33,391 nucleotides of DNA from contig CAYQDG010000003.1 of assembly GCA_964416245.1 (NCBI GenBank), positions 1 to 33,391 on the forward strand, in the 5' to 3' direction. Positions within the stretch are counted from its first letter, which is position 1; every line of letters starts with the position of its first letter. Positions 8,178 to 16,602 of the stretch are shown piece by piece. Source of the DNA: Candidatus Woesearchaeota archaeon (GTDB lineage Archaea; Nanobdellota; Nanobdellia; Pacearchaeales; GW2011-AR1). The translations under genes and the position numbers were made by a program. The notes beneath the pieces were generated by a model. That model did no database searches. It saw only the letters and a list, made by a program, of their open reading frames with translations, and had not been told where the DNA came from.

Positions 8178-8447
8178 ATGTTAAATAAAGAAATAATTAC
8201 AGCATATAGAAAAATAAAAAATTTGGGTTTTTCTAAAAAAGAAGCTTATCAAATTTTTAGGAAAAATATTTCTTGTGTTGATTATATTTGTGAGAATTAT
8301 CTTTTTTTGAATAAGGCTTTGGACAAAGTTTCTAATATGAAATTGAGAAGGGGTGATTTATGTTCGAAATTGGAAAAACAAGTTAGGGAAGAAAAAAAAG
8401 ATATTATTTTTGAAACTTTTGAAGAAAATCCTTATGAATTTTTATAA
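8178..8447 (+). CDS. Hypothetical 89-aa protein
   Basis: ATG ORF. TATA-like ttatttaa at 8149-8156. Divergent from the 7856..8104 pair. Confidence 0.4.
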   Translation: MLNKEIITAYRKIKNLGFSKKEAYQIFRKNISCVDYICENYLFLNKALDKVSNMKLRRGDLCSKLEKQVREEKKDIIFETFEENPYEFL

Positions 8448-8512
8448 TCACACTTATTTTTGAGAAATGCTAAATAAGATAATTTAATAAAATATTATTT
8501 CTTGTTTATTTT

Positions 8513-9055
8513 ATGTCAGAAGGGTTTATTGAAGAAAGAGGTATTGAACCTATGAATATCTTAATAGCGTTTTTAATTGGGATTGGTGCTGCCTTATTTG
8601 TAATTGGTTCCATTGGTTCTTTTGGTTTAGAGGGAGGAGCAGTTACTTTTTTGATGATTGCAGTTATTATTGTTTATTTGATTGTGGCTTTTGCTCTGTT
8701 AGTTCCAAGAAAGCATTTGACCAAATTACCTGAACCAGGTGTTATCGAAAGGGAAGTTGTAAGAGAAGTTGAGAAACCAGTAGATAGGATAATTGAAAAG
8801 CCTATTGAAAAAATTGTTGAGAAACCAGTTGAAAAAATTGTTGAAAAAGAAATTTTGCATCCAGTTTCTGTTGAAAGAACTAGAGAGAAGAAATCTAAGT
8901 ATGTTGGATCAAAATATAACGAAAAATATCATTTGAGGAGTTGTAGATTTGCAGGAGTTATTAAGAAAAAATATTTGGTTGAAGAGGATGACAAGAAATA
9001 TTTCAAACTTAGAGGTTATGAACCTTGTAAAGTTTGTTGTCCCGATAAAAAATGA
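8513..9055 (+). CDS. Membrane-anchored protein with an EKP-x-EKIV tandem repeat and a C-terminal Ada-like Cys/His zinc-binding motif
   Basis: Two N-terminal TM helices. Repeat EKPVDRIIEKPIEKIVEKPVEKIVEKEI at nt 8768-8854. The C-terminus YHLRSCRFAG...GYEPCKVCCP (nt 8927-9043) matches the YH-x3-C ... GY-x-PC-x2-C pattern of Ada_Zn_binding-like domains. TATA ttaataaa at 8484-8491. Confidence 0.55.
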   Translation: MSEGFIEERGIEPMNILIAFLIGIGAALFVIGSIGSFGLEGGAVTFLMIAVIIVYLIVAFALLVPRKHLTKLPEPGVIEREVVREVEKPVDRIIEKPIEKIVEKPVEKIVEKEILHPVSVERTREKKSKYVGSKYNEKYHLRSCRFAGVIKKKYLVEEDDKKYFKLRGYEPCKVCCPDKK

Positions 9056-9288
9056 AATTTTATTCGCCCTGCAAAATTATTAGAAATGAGAAAAAACAAA
9101 TTTACAAAGATTTGAGAAGTTTTGATTTTAGTGAATATGAAAGTAGGAAAATTTTGTTGGATATTTATTCCTTGAAAGGAGAATTTTTGTTTAAACCAGC
9201 TAGATTGGGAATGATGATTTGGTTGAGAAAAAAAGATTGGGTGGGAAAAGAAGGATTTGAAAGTTGTTTGGAAAATTTAGTTGGTTAA
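9052..9288 (+). CDS. Hypothetical 78-aa protein
   Basis: ATGA start/stop overlap with 8513..9055. No motif recognised. Confidence 0.4.
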   Translation: MKFYSPCKIIRNEKKQIYKDLRSFDFSEYESRKILLDIYSLKGEFLFKPARLGMMIWLRKKDWVGKEGFESCLENLVG

Positions 9289-9431
9289 GGAAGTTGGTTT
9301 TATTTCATAAAGAGTTGATATACTAAAATTTCGAACGTGGTTCTAGAAATTTTAAAAGATAGTTAATGTTGAGAATTTTAATTGATGGGTTTTTAGAATT
9401 ATTGAATAAGATTATATTTGAAGGTAAAAAA

Positions 9432-9935
9432 CTATTTTTTCTTTTTCATTATTTTTAACATATCAAAGAAAGATTTTTTTTCAAAATGAGTTATTTTGTT
9501 TTCTGATATATCTATGTGAACTTTTAGTAAAGCCATGTTTGACAAGAAAACCGTTGTCACAAGATAATCTTTTCCTTCTAATTTTTGCAGACTAAAAAGT
9601 AATTTTTTCATTTTTCCCTTGATTGTTTGGTTTTCAATTTCCTTTAAAATCATTTTTTCATAATCGTTTAAATCAAATTCATAATTCATGGATAGTTTTT
9701 CAAAAGGTCGCGTGTCAAAATTTTCCACATTTACAAATTCTATTGGACCATCCATTTTGAAAGAATACATTTTTTTATGTTTTGGTAACCAAAAATCAAA
9801 GTGAACTGTGTTGTTGTCTTTTTCCCTATCTAAAACGAAGAATCCTGAGCAAGGATATGCATCTGGGTTTTCTTTTTTGAATTTTTGGTATTCATCCGAA
9901 TTGATTAGTTTTTCATAATAAAATTGAAATTTCAT
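9432..9935 (-). CDS. Hypothetical 167-aa protein
   Basis: ATG ORF with its own TATA (plus-strand tttataag at 9957-9964, -29..-22). Non-repetitive, globular-looking sequence. No family recognised. Confidence 0.5.
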   Translation of the reverse strand: MKFQFYYEKLINSDEYQKFKKENPDAYPCSGFFVLDREKDNNTVHFDFWLPKHKKMYSFKMDGPIEFVNVENFDTRPFEKLSMNYEFDLNDYEKMILKEIENQTIKGKMKKLLFSLQKLEGKDYLVTTVFLSNMALLKVHIDISENKITHFEKKSFFDMLKIMKKKK

Positions 9936-9966
9936 GTTAAAAATAAATTGAAGGGGTTTATAAGAA

Positions 9967-10308
9967 TTATCTTATTTTTGCACTAAGGAATTTTTTTATT
10001 TTGTCTGTTTCCATATCTATATTTTGATGTAGTTTTCCGATTAGTCCTTTTTTTGATACTTCACACCTATAACCATTTTCAAAATTTATGTTTGGAGTTA
10101 TCGTGTTTTCTGAATCGTCTATTGTTGCTTTTTGATATTTTATGAAAGATAATTGTGGAAAGGGAATTAAATTATTTTTAATTTGCAAATATGTACCATT
10201 TAATTTTTCGAAGTAATTGATCTTGTTTTTTATTTCGTTTATTTGTGGCAGATTTTTTTTAAGATAGTTTATCATTTCTGAACTATCAATTTTTATAAAT
10301 TTCATCAT
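9967..10308 (-). CDS. Hypothetical 113-aa protein translationally coupled to glyS
   Basis: Its ATG overlaps the glyS TGA (ATGA overlap at 10305-10308). No family recognised. Confidence 0.5.
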   Translation of the reverse strand: MMKFIKIDSSEMINYLKKNLPQINEIKNKINYFEKLNGTYLQIKNNLIPFPQLSFIKYQKATIDDSENTITPNINFENGYRCEVSKKGLIGKLHQNIDMETDKIKKFLSAKIR

Positions 10309-11741
10309 AAATCCTCAAATTTTATTTCTCCATCAATTAAGTCGTCTAGAATATATCTTAATGCTTCTATTTTTACTCTTTTTTGTTCTGTTGTATTTCT
10401 GTCTCTTATTGTAACTGTTTTGTTGTTAAGTGTTTCGTCGTCAATTGTAATACAGAAGGGTGTCCCGATTTCGTCATTTCTTGCATATCTTCTTCCGACT
10501 GAACCGGATTTGTCATAAATAACATTGAATTTCTTTTTTAGTTTTTTGAATATTTCTTCTGCAATGTTTTCAAATTCTGGTTTTTTAACTATTGGGAATA
10601 TTGCAGCTTTTATTGGGGCCAATTTTGGATTTAGTTTTAAAATTATTTTTCCTTTTTCTCCAACTGAATATGCTTCATACAAGAAAACTAATAATGCTCT
10701 TTCAACTCCAAAACTTGGTTCACAAACTACGTGAGGCAAGAATTTTTCTTTTGTTTCTTCGTCGAAAACTTTTAAATTCTCTTTTGAGAATTTTTCATGT
10801 TGTTTTAAATCGTAGTCTTCTCTATCTGCAATTCCCTGTAGTTCTTTCCATCCGAAAGGAAAGTTATATTCTATGTCCCAAGTGTCAGTTGAGTAGTGGG
10901 CTAATTCTTCTTTGTAATGTTGTCTTATTCTAAAATTATCTAATTTTGCTCCGAGTGATTGAAACCAAAGCAATCCTTGTCCGAGCCAATATGCATGCCA
11001 ATCTTTTTTGATTATTTTGTTTTTATGTGCTTCTTTTAGAGACATTTTTTTTGGTCCTTCGTTTGTTTTTTGATCTTTTTCAGAATAAACTAAAACTTCT
11101 ATATCTGGAATTTCATGGGGGCATTTTTGTCCTGGTTTTATGAAATATTCCATTTCCATTTGTTCAAATTCTCTGCATCTGAATAAAAAATTTCTTGGTG
11201 CAATTTCGTTTCTGAAGGATTTTCCTATTTGAGCAATTCCGCAGGGGAGTTTCATTCTTGCTCCTTCAAAAACTGCTTTGAAATTTGTGAAAATCATTTG
11301 TGCTGTTTCTGGTCTTAAGTACCCGAAGCCATCTTCTCCAATGTTTGTTTTAAACATTAATTCAAAATCTTTTGCGGTTTGAACATCATATTCTCCTCCG
11401 CAATTACAATTGACTTTTCCTAATTCGTTTTTGTCAACTTTTCCGGGTTTTTTACATTTTTTACATGTTACAAATACATCTGAAAAATTGTCAACATGTC
11501 CTGATGCTTTCCAAACTTCTGGATGTGTTATTATTGCCCCATCTATTCCTTCAACATCTGCTCTATGTCTTACATGAAAATCCCACCAAGATTTTTTTAG
11601 ATTGCTTTTTAGTTCTGAACCTAAGAATAAATAATCCCAAAAACCTGCAAACCCCCCATAAATTTCTCCGGTTTTTGTTATGAATCCTTTTCTTTTACAA
11701 AATGTTGCCATTTCGTCAATTGTTAAATTGGCATTTGTCAT
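10305..11741 (-). CDS. glyS: Glycine--tRNA ligase, archaeal/eukaryotic class II (alpha2) type
   Basis: The N-terminus FCKRKGFITKTGEIYGGFAGFWDYLFLG is the hallmark GlyRS opening. Class II motifs FRNEIAPR and SFGVERAL are present, followed by an anticodon-binding C-terminus. 478 aa. Confidence 0.92.
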   Translation of the reverse strand: MTNANLTIDEMATFCKRKGFITKTGEIYGGFAGFWDYLFLGSELKSNLKKSWWDFHVRHRADVEGIDGAIITHPEVWKASGHVDNFSDVFVTCKKCKKPGKVDKNELGKVNCNCGGEYDVQTAKDFELMFKTNIGEDGFGYLRPETAQMIFTNFKAVFEGARMKLPCGIAQIGKSFRNEIAPRNFLFRCREFEQMEMEYFIKPGQKCPHEIPDIEVLVYSEKDQKTNEGPKKMSLKEAHKNKIIKKDWHAYWLGQGLLWFQSLGAKLDNFRIRQHYKEELAHYSTDTWDIEYNFPFGWKELQGIADREDYDLKQHEKFSKENLKVFDEETKEKFLPHVVCEPSFGVERALLVFLYEAYSVGEKGKIILKLNPKLAPIKAAIFPIVKKPEFENIAEEIFKKLKKKFNVIYDKSGSVGRRYARNDEIGTPFCITIDDETLNNKTVTIRDRNTTEQKRVKIEALRYILDDLIDGEIKFEDL

Positions 11742-11762
11742 GAGAAATAAAGGTTTGAAGTA

Positions 11763-11770
11763 TTTATAAG
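11763..11770 (-). promoter_or_regulatory. TATA box for glyS (leaderless spacing)
   Basis: Plus-strand tttataag. The centre is 25.5 nt from the ATG at 11741. It shares the context tttataa-atttagggg with the promoter at 31801-31816. Confidence 0.45.
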
Positions 11771-11828
11771 ATTTAGGGGTTTTAGGTTATTCTATATTTT
11801 GAATTATAATAATCGTTAAAAAGGGAGA

Positions 11829-12428
11829 ATGTTGTTTATTTATATGAATGCGTTTTCAGTCCTACTATATTCGAGCATGGCTTTTGCAGTTGTTTTAGTT
11901 TCACTATTTTTAATTTATGGATTACATGTTTTTTCTAAAAAGAAAAGCAAACAAAAAAATTCTAAAGTTGAGATTAAAGAAATTGTTAATAAGAAAAAGA
12001 TTGAGGAAAAAGAAGCTGTTAAAAATACAAAGAAAAATTTGATTAATTCTTTGGGTTTTCCTTTTATGTTGTTTATACTTTTATGGTTGTTTTTTATTTT
12101 TGAAGTGAAGATTGTTGATTTTGTTAGGGGTTTTGCAATAGAATTGGCTCCAATTGATTATGTTAATTTGTTCATAATTCTGGGGTTGATTTTTGTTATA
12201 AATGGCCTTGCTCTTGATATAAAATCTGAAAAAAGGAATAAATTGGCATCATTTGTTTGGATACTTCACGGATTAGTTTTTTCCTTGGTTGCTTTGTTTT
12301 ATGAGTTAATGAATATGACTCATATATTTGTTTTTGGAATAACTCTGAATTGGTTGGTGACTCTTTTGGTCTTTTGGGAAGCAGCTATTTTGATAAACAT
12401 TTTTGTTTGTTATAAGAAGGGGTTTTAG
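11829..12428 (+). CDS. Polytopic membrane protein, unknown function
   Basis: 199 aa, with 5 or more hydrophobic helices and a K-rich loop after TM1. Alternative ATG at 11844. Confidence 0.5.
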   Translation: MLFIYMNAFSVLLYSSMAFAVVLVSLFLIYGLHVFSKKKSKQKNSKVEIKEIVNKKKIEEKEAVKNTKKNLINSLGFPFMLFILLWLFFIFEVKIVDFVRGFAIELAPIDYVNLFIILGLIFVINGLALDIKSEKRNKLASFVWILHGLVFSLVALFYELMNMTHIFVFGITLNWLVTLLVFWEAAILINIFVCYKKGF

Positions 12429-12660
12429 ATAATTTTTTAAGTATAACCTCTTATTAATTATTATGTCTAATGGGGAAAAAAATATTTAGAAAAGAAATTT
12501 CCATAAATCTTTTTGGTTTTGGTTACTTCCCATTTTATTTTGCATTTCATTATTAATTATTGTTTTTCATAATAATTTTTTTAATTTTATTTCTTTTCTT
12601 GGTCTTTTTTCAATTACACTAGGTTCTGTTTTTGCCTTAAGGCCAGGAATTAGAAAAATT

Positions 12661-12903
12661 TTGAATGAAGCTCATAAGAATTTAACTGGAAAAATTATAT
12701 CTAAATCAAAAGAAATAGAATCTAATGAAAATTCTACTATATTCGCATTTTTTTATATTATGCAAGGTTTTGTTTTACTCTTATTTAATTCATTATTGGA
12801 TTTCTTTTTTATTATTGAAAATTGGGTTTGGTTAGTGTTAATAGAATTAATTCTGTTATTTTTTACGTATATTATTTTCAAAAAAAATTTAAAATTATTA
12901 TAG
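12661..12903 (+). CDS. Doubtful small membrane ORF (TTG start); probably the 3' part of the interrupted ORF 12463..12903
   Basis: Only a TTG start is available and there is no TATA at -29..-22. The frame is open upstream to a TAG at 12487 and an ATG at 12463. Confidence 0.2.
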   Translation: MNEAHKNLTGKIISKSKEIESNENSTIFAFFYIMQGFVLLLFNSLLDFFFIIENWVWLVLIELILLFFTYIIFKKNLKLL

Positions 12904-14601
12904 TTTTTTTCCAATTTCTTGATTCAACTTCTCAATAAAATCTTCAAGTTTCATTTTCTCAATTTCTTTTTGGTCTCTAGTTTTTATAGCTATTATTTTG
13001 TCTTTTGCTTCATCTTCTCCGATAGTTATCATGTAGTTGAATCTTTCAATTGAAGCTTCACGGACTTTTTTACCGATTGATTCGTTTCTTTCGTCTAATT
13101 CTACTCTAAATCCTTCTTCGAAAAGTTTATTGTAAATTTCTTTTGCATATTCTTTTACTTCATCATTCATTGTCATAATTTTAATTTGATTTGGTGAAAG
13201 CCAGAGGGGGAATTTACCATCGCATTGTTCTGTTATTATTCCCAAGAATCTTTCTAGTGAACCATATATTGCTCTATGCAGCATTACTGGTCTTTTTTCT
13301 TCACCTTTTTCATCTTGATATTTTAAATCAAATCTTCTTGGTAATGACATATCAAATTGTATTGTTGAACATTGCCATGTTCTACCTAATGAATCTTTTA
13401 AATGATAATCAATTTTTGCACCATAGAATGCTCCATCCCCTTCATTTATTTTGTAATTCATTTTTTTCTTTTTTAGAACATTTTCTAAAGATTTTTCTGC
13501 AAAATCCCATTCTTCATCTGTTCCTACTCTTTTTTCTGGTCTTGTTGAAAGTTCAACATGATCTATTTCTAAGTTAAATGTGTCCAATATTTCCTTTGTT
13601 AAGTCCATAACTTTTCCTACCTCTTCTTCTGCTTGTTCTCTTGTACAGAATACATGTGCATCATCTTGGACAAATTGAATAACTCTAAATAAACCAGATA
13701 AAACTCCCGAAAGTTCTACTCTGTGTGTCCAACCCAATTCACTAACTTTTAAGGGGAAATCTTTGTAGGATTTTGGAGAAGTTTTGTATACTAACATTCC
13801 TCCTGGACAATTCATGGGTTTTACTAAAAAATCTCTTCCTTCATATTGTGTTTTAAAATTATTTTCTGAATATTTTGACCAATGTCCTGAAATTTCCCAT
13901 AGTTTTCTATCCATTACTTGAGGAGTTGAAATTTCTTCATACCCTTTTTTTCTATGCAATTCCCTCCAATATTCAATTAATTTATTTTTTATGTGCAAAC
14001 CTTTGTCATGCCAGAAAACCATTCCTGGAGCTACAGAATTAAAGCTCCAAAGATCCATTTTTTTCCCAATTATCCTATGGTCATTATCTGCTAATTTTGA
14101 AGTATCTAGTTTTGATTTTGATATTTCATGTAATAATTTTTTTCTTTCTTCTTCTGTTAAGTCTTCAATTATTTCTTCATTTCCTGAAATGATTTCTCTA
14201 GATAATTCTGATAAGGGGTGGCCTTTAACTTTGAGTTCGAATGATTTATAGTATCCAAAAGGGGCTCTTTTTACTTGGTAACCTTCATTTTTCAATTGTT
14301 TTTCTGCTGATTTTAAAAGTTCTGTTGCAGTTTTTGGTTTTCCTAATTCTTTTGATAAATGAGCATAAGGATAAAGAACAATATTTTTTGTATTTACTTT
14401 TTCTGCAATGTCTTTTATGTTTTCAATGTATTCGTCTAAAATTTCTAAAGAATCATTTTTTTCAACTGCAGTCAAAACAACCAATGCTTCTTCTGCTTTT
14501 GTTTTTTTGATTTCTTCTTCTGGCAAATTTTCCATAGATTTTAATGCTTTTTTTAATCCTTGCCATTCAATATAATCTACATGTAAATTTAATGTTTTCA
14601 T
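12898..14601 (-). CDS. thrS: Threonine--tRNA ligase, archaeal type with N-terminal archaea-specific editing domain
   Basis: The N-terminus MKTLNLHVDYIEWQ...VVLTAVEKND matches the archaeal ThrRS editing domain. The class II core includes HWSKYSENNF, FLVKPMNCPG, RVIQFVQDDAHVFC and MLHRAIYGSLERF. An anticodon-binding C-terminus follows. Confidence 0.92.
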   Translation of the reverse strand: MKTLNLHVDYIEWQGLKKALKSMENLPEEEIKKTKAEEALVVLTAVEKNDSLEILDEYIENIKDIAEKVNTKNIVLYPYAHLSKELGKPKTATELLKSAEKQLKNEGYQVKRAPFGYYKSFELKVKGHPLSELSREIISGNEEIIEDLTEEERKKLLHEISKSKLDTSKLADNDHRIIGKKMDLWSFNSVAPGMVFWHDKGLHIKNKLIEYWRELHRKKGYEEISTPQVMDRKLWEISGHWSKYSENNFKTQYEGRDFLVKPMNCPGGMLVYKTSPKSYKDFPLKVSELGWTHRVELSGVLSGLFRVIQFVQDDAHVFCTREQAEEEVGKVMDLTKEILDTFNLEIDHVELSTRPEKRVGTDEEWDFAEKSLENVLKKKKMNYKINEGDGAFYGAKIDYHLKDSLGRTWQCSTIQFDMSLPRRFDLKYQDEKGEEKRPVMLHRAIYGSLERFLGIITEQCDGKFPLWLSPNQIKIMTMNDEVKEYAKEIYNKLFEEGFRVELDERNESIGKKVREASIERFNYMITIGEDEAKDKIIAIKTRDQKEIEKMKLEDFIEKLNQEIGKKL

Positions 14602-14622
14602 AAAATATGTAAAGTTAAAGAT

Positions 14623-14630
14623 TTTATAAA
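14623..14630 (-). promoter_or_regulatory. TATA box for thrS (leaderless spacing)
   Basis: tttataaa. The centre is 25.5 nt from the ATG at 14601. Confidence 0.45.
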
Positions 14631-14667
14631 ATTATGGATGATAAATATTGACTACTTTTCATATATC

Positions 14668-14675
14668 TTTAAATA
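14668..14675 (+). promoter_or_regulatory. TATA box for the amidase gene
   Basis: tttaaata. The centre is 25.5 nt upstream of ATG 14697, which argues for that start over 14679 or 14718. Confidence 0.4.
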
Positions 14676-14696
14676 AAATTGATGATTGTTTTTTGG

Positions 14697-15497
14697 ATGG
14701 GGAAAATTAATGGGTTGATGAAGAAAGTTTTGATTGGGGGGATGGTATTTTTTAATTCTTGGATAGCTCATGCTCCTGAAACGTTTGTTGAAAAAAATCC
14801 AAATCAATTCAAAACAATTGTATTGGATCCAGGTCATAGTGATTACTATCGTGGGAAAGGATACGTAAATGAAGCAAAATATAATTTAAAGGTTGCTTTG
14901 AATTTAAAAGAAAAATTTGAGAAGGAAGGATATGGGGTTTTTTTAACCAGAAAGGATGGGAAAAATGTTAATGATCGATTGAGAAAAAATGGTGATTTGA
15001 ATGGGGATGGGAGGATAAACCTTGAAGATGAGATTTTGGCAAGGAATAACTTTTCAAAATATTATGATGCAGATTTATTTTTATCCCTACATTTTGATTA
15101 TGTAAAAAGCGATACTTCTTCAAAAACCCAAATAATTTATTATGGTCTTTCTGATAAAAAAAATTTAATTGATAGAAAAAAGAATTTTTCAAAGTATGAA
15201 AATTTAAATTATTTTAATCGTGAGTCTGCAGATTTTGCAAGAGATTTGAGCGTTTTTTATCGTAGAAAAGGAATTAAAACTGAAAATTATGCTGCAGATT
15301 TGGGCGTTTTGTTTTTTAATCAAGCAGATAAGGCTGTTCTTATTGAATTAGATAATTTATATAATTCTCGAATAAGAAAAAAGGTTGAAACAGAAAAAGG
15401 AATTGAAGAATATGCAAATAATTTATTTGAATGTTTGATTGGATATGAAAGAGAAAAGAAAGGTGGATTAAGCTTTGAAGATAAATTTGTCAACTAG
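14697..15497 (+). CDS. Secreted N-acetylmuramoyl-L-alanine amidase (Amidase_3 family) with an inserted dockerin/EF-hand-like Ca-binding loop
   Basis: Zn ligands and catalytic residues appear in Amidase_3 order: VLDPGHS, VNEAKYNL, LFLSLHFD, VLIELDNLYN. Signal-like N-terminus MGKINGLMKKVLIGGMVFFNSWIAHA. Insert DLNGDGRINLED at nt 14994-15029. The ORF track starts at 14679; 14718 is also possible. Confidence 0.75.
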   Translation: MGKINGLMKKVLIGGMVFFNSWIAHAPETFVEKNPNQFKTIVLDPGHSDYYRGKGYVNEAKYNLKVALNLKEKFEKEGYGVFLTRKDGKNVNDRLRKNGDLNGDGRINLEDEILARNNFSKYYDADLFLSLHFDYVKSDTSSKTQIIYYGLSDKKNLIDRKKNFSKYENLNYFNRESADFARDLSVFYRRKGIKTENYAADLGVLFFNQADKAVLIELDNLYNSRIRKKVETEKGIEEYANNLFECLIGYEREKKGGLSFEDKFVN

Positions 15498-16580
15498 TTT
15501 TTCAGCTTTTTCTCTTCTTTTTTGGTGTTCTTTTAAAAGTTCATTTATTTTATCTATTAGTATTTTTTTTACTTCTCCTGAAAGAAGTTCGCCTTTTCTA
15601 TATTTTTTATAAATTTCTTCTAATTTGCTATCATCTTCTTCAAAATATTTTAACCATTGGCATGCAACATCAATTTCAACATTTCCGCCTTTTTTTCTAT
15701 GCTCTTCAACTGTGTCTTGTCCACCACTGAATGCATATTTGTTTATTTTTTTCTTCACTTGATTTGGTTTATCTGTCATGAGAATTGCTTTCTCGGAATC
15801 TGAAGAGGACATTTTTCCTTCCATTCCAGTTAAAGGGGGCATGAATTTTGCATGAATTATTGCAGGTTTTTTATGTCCTAATTTTTCTACAACGTCTCTT
15901 GATAATCTAAAATGAACATCTTGGTCTATTCCTAAAGGTATTAAGCAAGGTTGGTTTTTTCCAGAAATTATGTTTGGCAAAAAGACTGGCACGGTTTGCA
16001 TTGCTGTATAAAAAATGCTTCCAATGTTATTGGTATCTGTAAAACCAAATGCTGCTTTTATTGAGGAGAATGTAATTTTCTTTGCAACTTTTACGGCTTC
16101 TGGATATAAGATTCCTGCGTGTTTTGTATTAATTAAAAAGTGAGTTTTTTTTGGATTAAAATCAAGTGCTATTATATCTAACATGTTTTCATGTGTCCAT
16201 TTTTGAATTTCTTCCCAAGATTTATTTTTGTATAAAAATTTTTCGTCATCTGTAAATTGAAACCATAATTCTAGGTCAAATTTTTCTTGAAGCCATTTAA
16301 CAAATAACCAAATTCCTATATGTCCTAAATGAATTGGACCTGACGGTCCGCAACCAGTGTAGAGAAATCCTTTGTTTCCTTTGTCATATTCATCTAAAAA
16401 TTGTTTTAAGTCTCTGTGTGTAAAAAAAATTTCTCTTTTTAGATAAGGGTGAACTTCTCCTGCTATTTTTTCTATCCTTTTTATTAAAAAATTATCTATT
16501 TTTTTTACTCCGAATTCTTTGATTAATTTGTCATAATCTACTTTTCCTTTTATTTCATAAGGATTAACTTTATTCACCAT
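15468..16580 (-). CDS. trpS: Tryptophan--tRNA ligase, archaeal/eukaryotic type
   Basis: TGCGPSGPIHLGHI provides the HIGH motif. FQFTDDEKFLY is TrpRS-typical. KMSSS is the KMSKS motif. The 3' end overlaps the convergent amidase gene by 30 nt. Confidence 0.9.
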   Translation of the reverse strand: MVNKVNPYEIKGKVDYDKLIKEFGVKKIDNFLIKRIEKIAGEVHPYLKREIFFTHRDLKQFLDEYDKGNKGFLYTGCGPSGPIHLGHIGIWLFVKWLQEKFDLELWFQFTDDEKFLYKNKSWEEIQKWTHENMLDIIALDFNPKKTHFLINTKHAGILYPEAVKVAKKITFSSIKAAFGFTDTNNIGSIFYTAMQTVPVFLPNIISGKNQPCLIPLGIDQDVHFRLSRDVVEKLGHKKPAIIHAKFMPPLTGMEGKMSSSDSEKAILMTDKPNQVKKKINKYAFSGGQDTVEEHRKKGGNVEIDVACQWLKYFEEDDSKLEEIYKKYRKGELLSGEVKKILIDKINELLKEHQKRREKAEKLVDKFIFKA

Positions 16581-16602
16581 ATTTTCTGAATGTAAATATT
16601 CT

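Noticed and set aside
12487-12489. In-frame TAG as a sign of stop-codon reassignment or pyrrolysine.
   Set aside because: TAG terminates the conserved GTPase at 4412-4414. TGA and TAA also end conserved genes at their expected C-termini, and no pyl-like context is visible.
14679-14720. Two TGATGA (C-box-like) hexamers upstream of and within the amidase 5' end, as a possible C/D box sRNA.
   Set aside because: No CUGA D or D' boxes occur at the required spacing, there is no terminal stem, and the region is better explained as promoter plus signal-peptide coding sequence.
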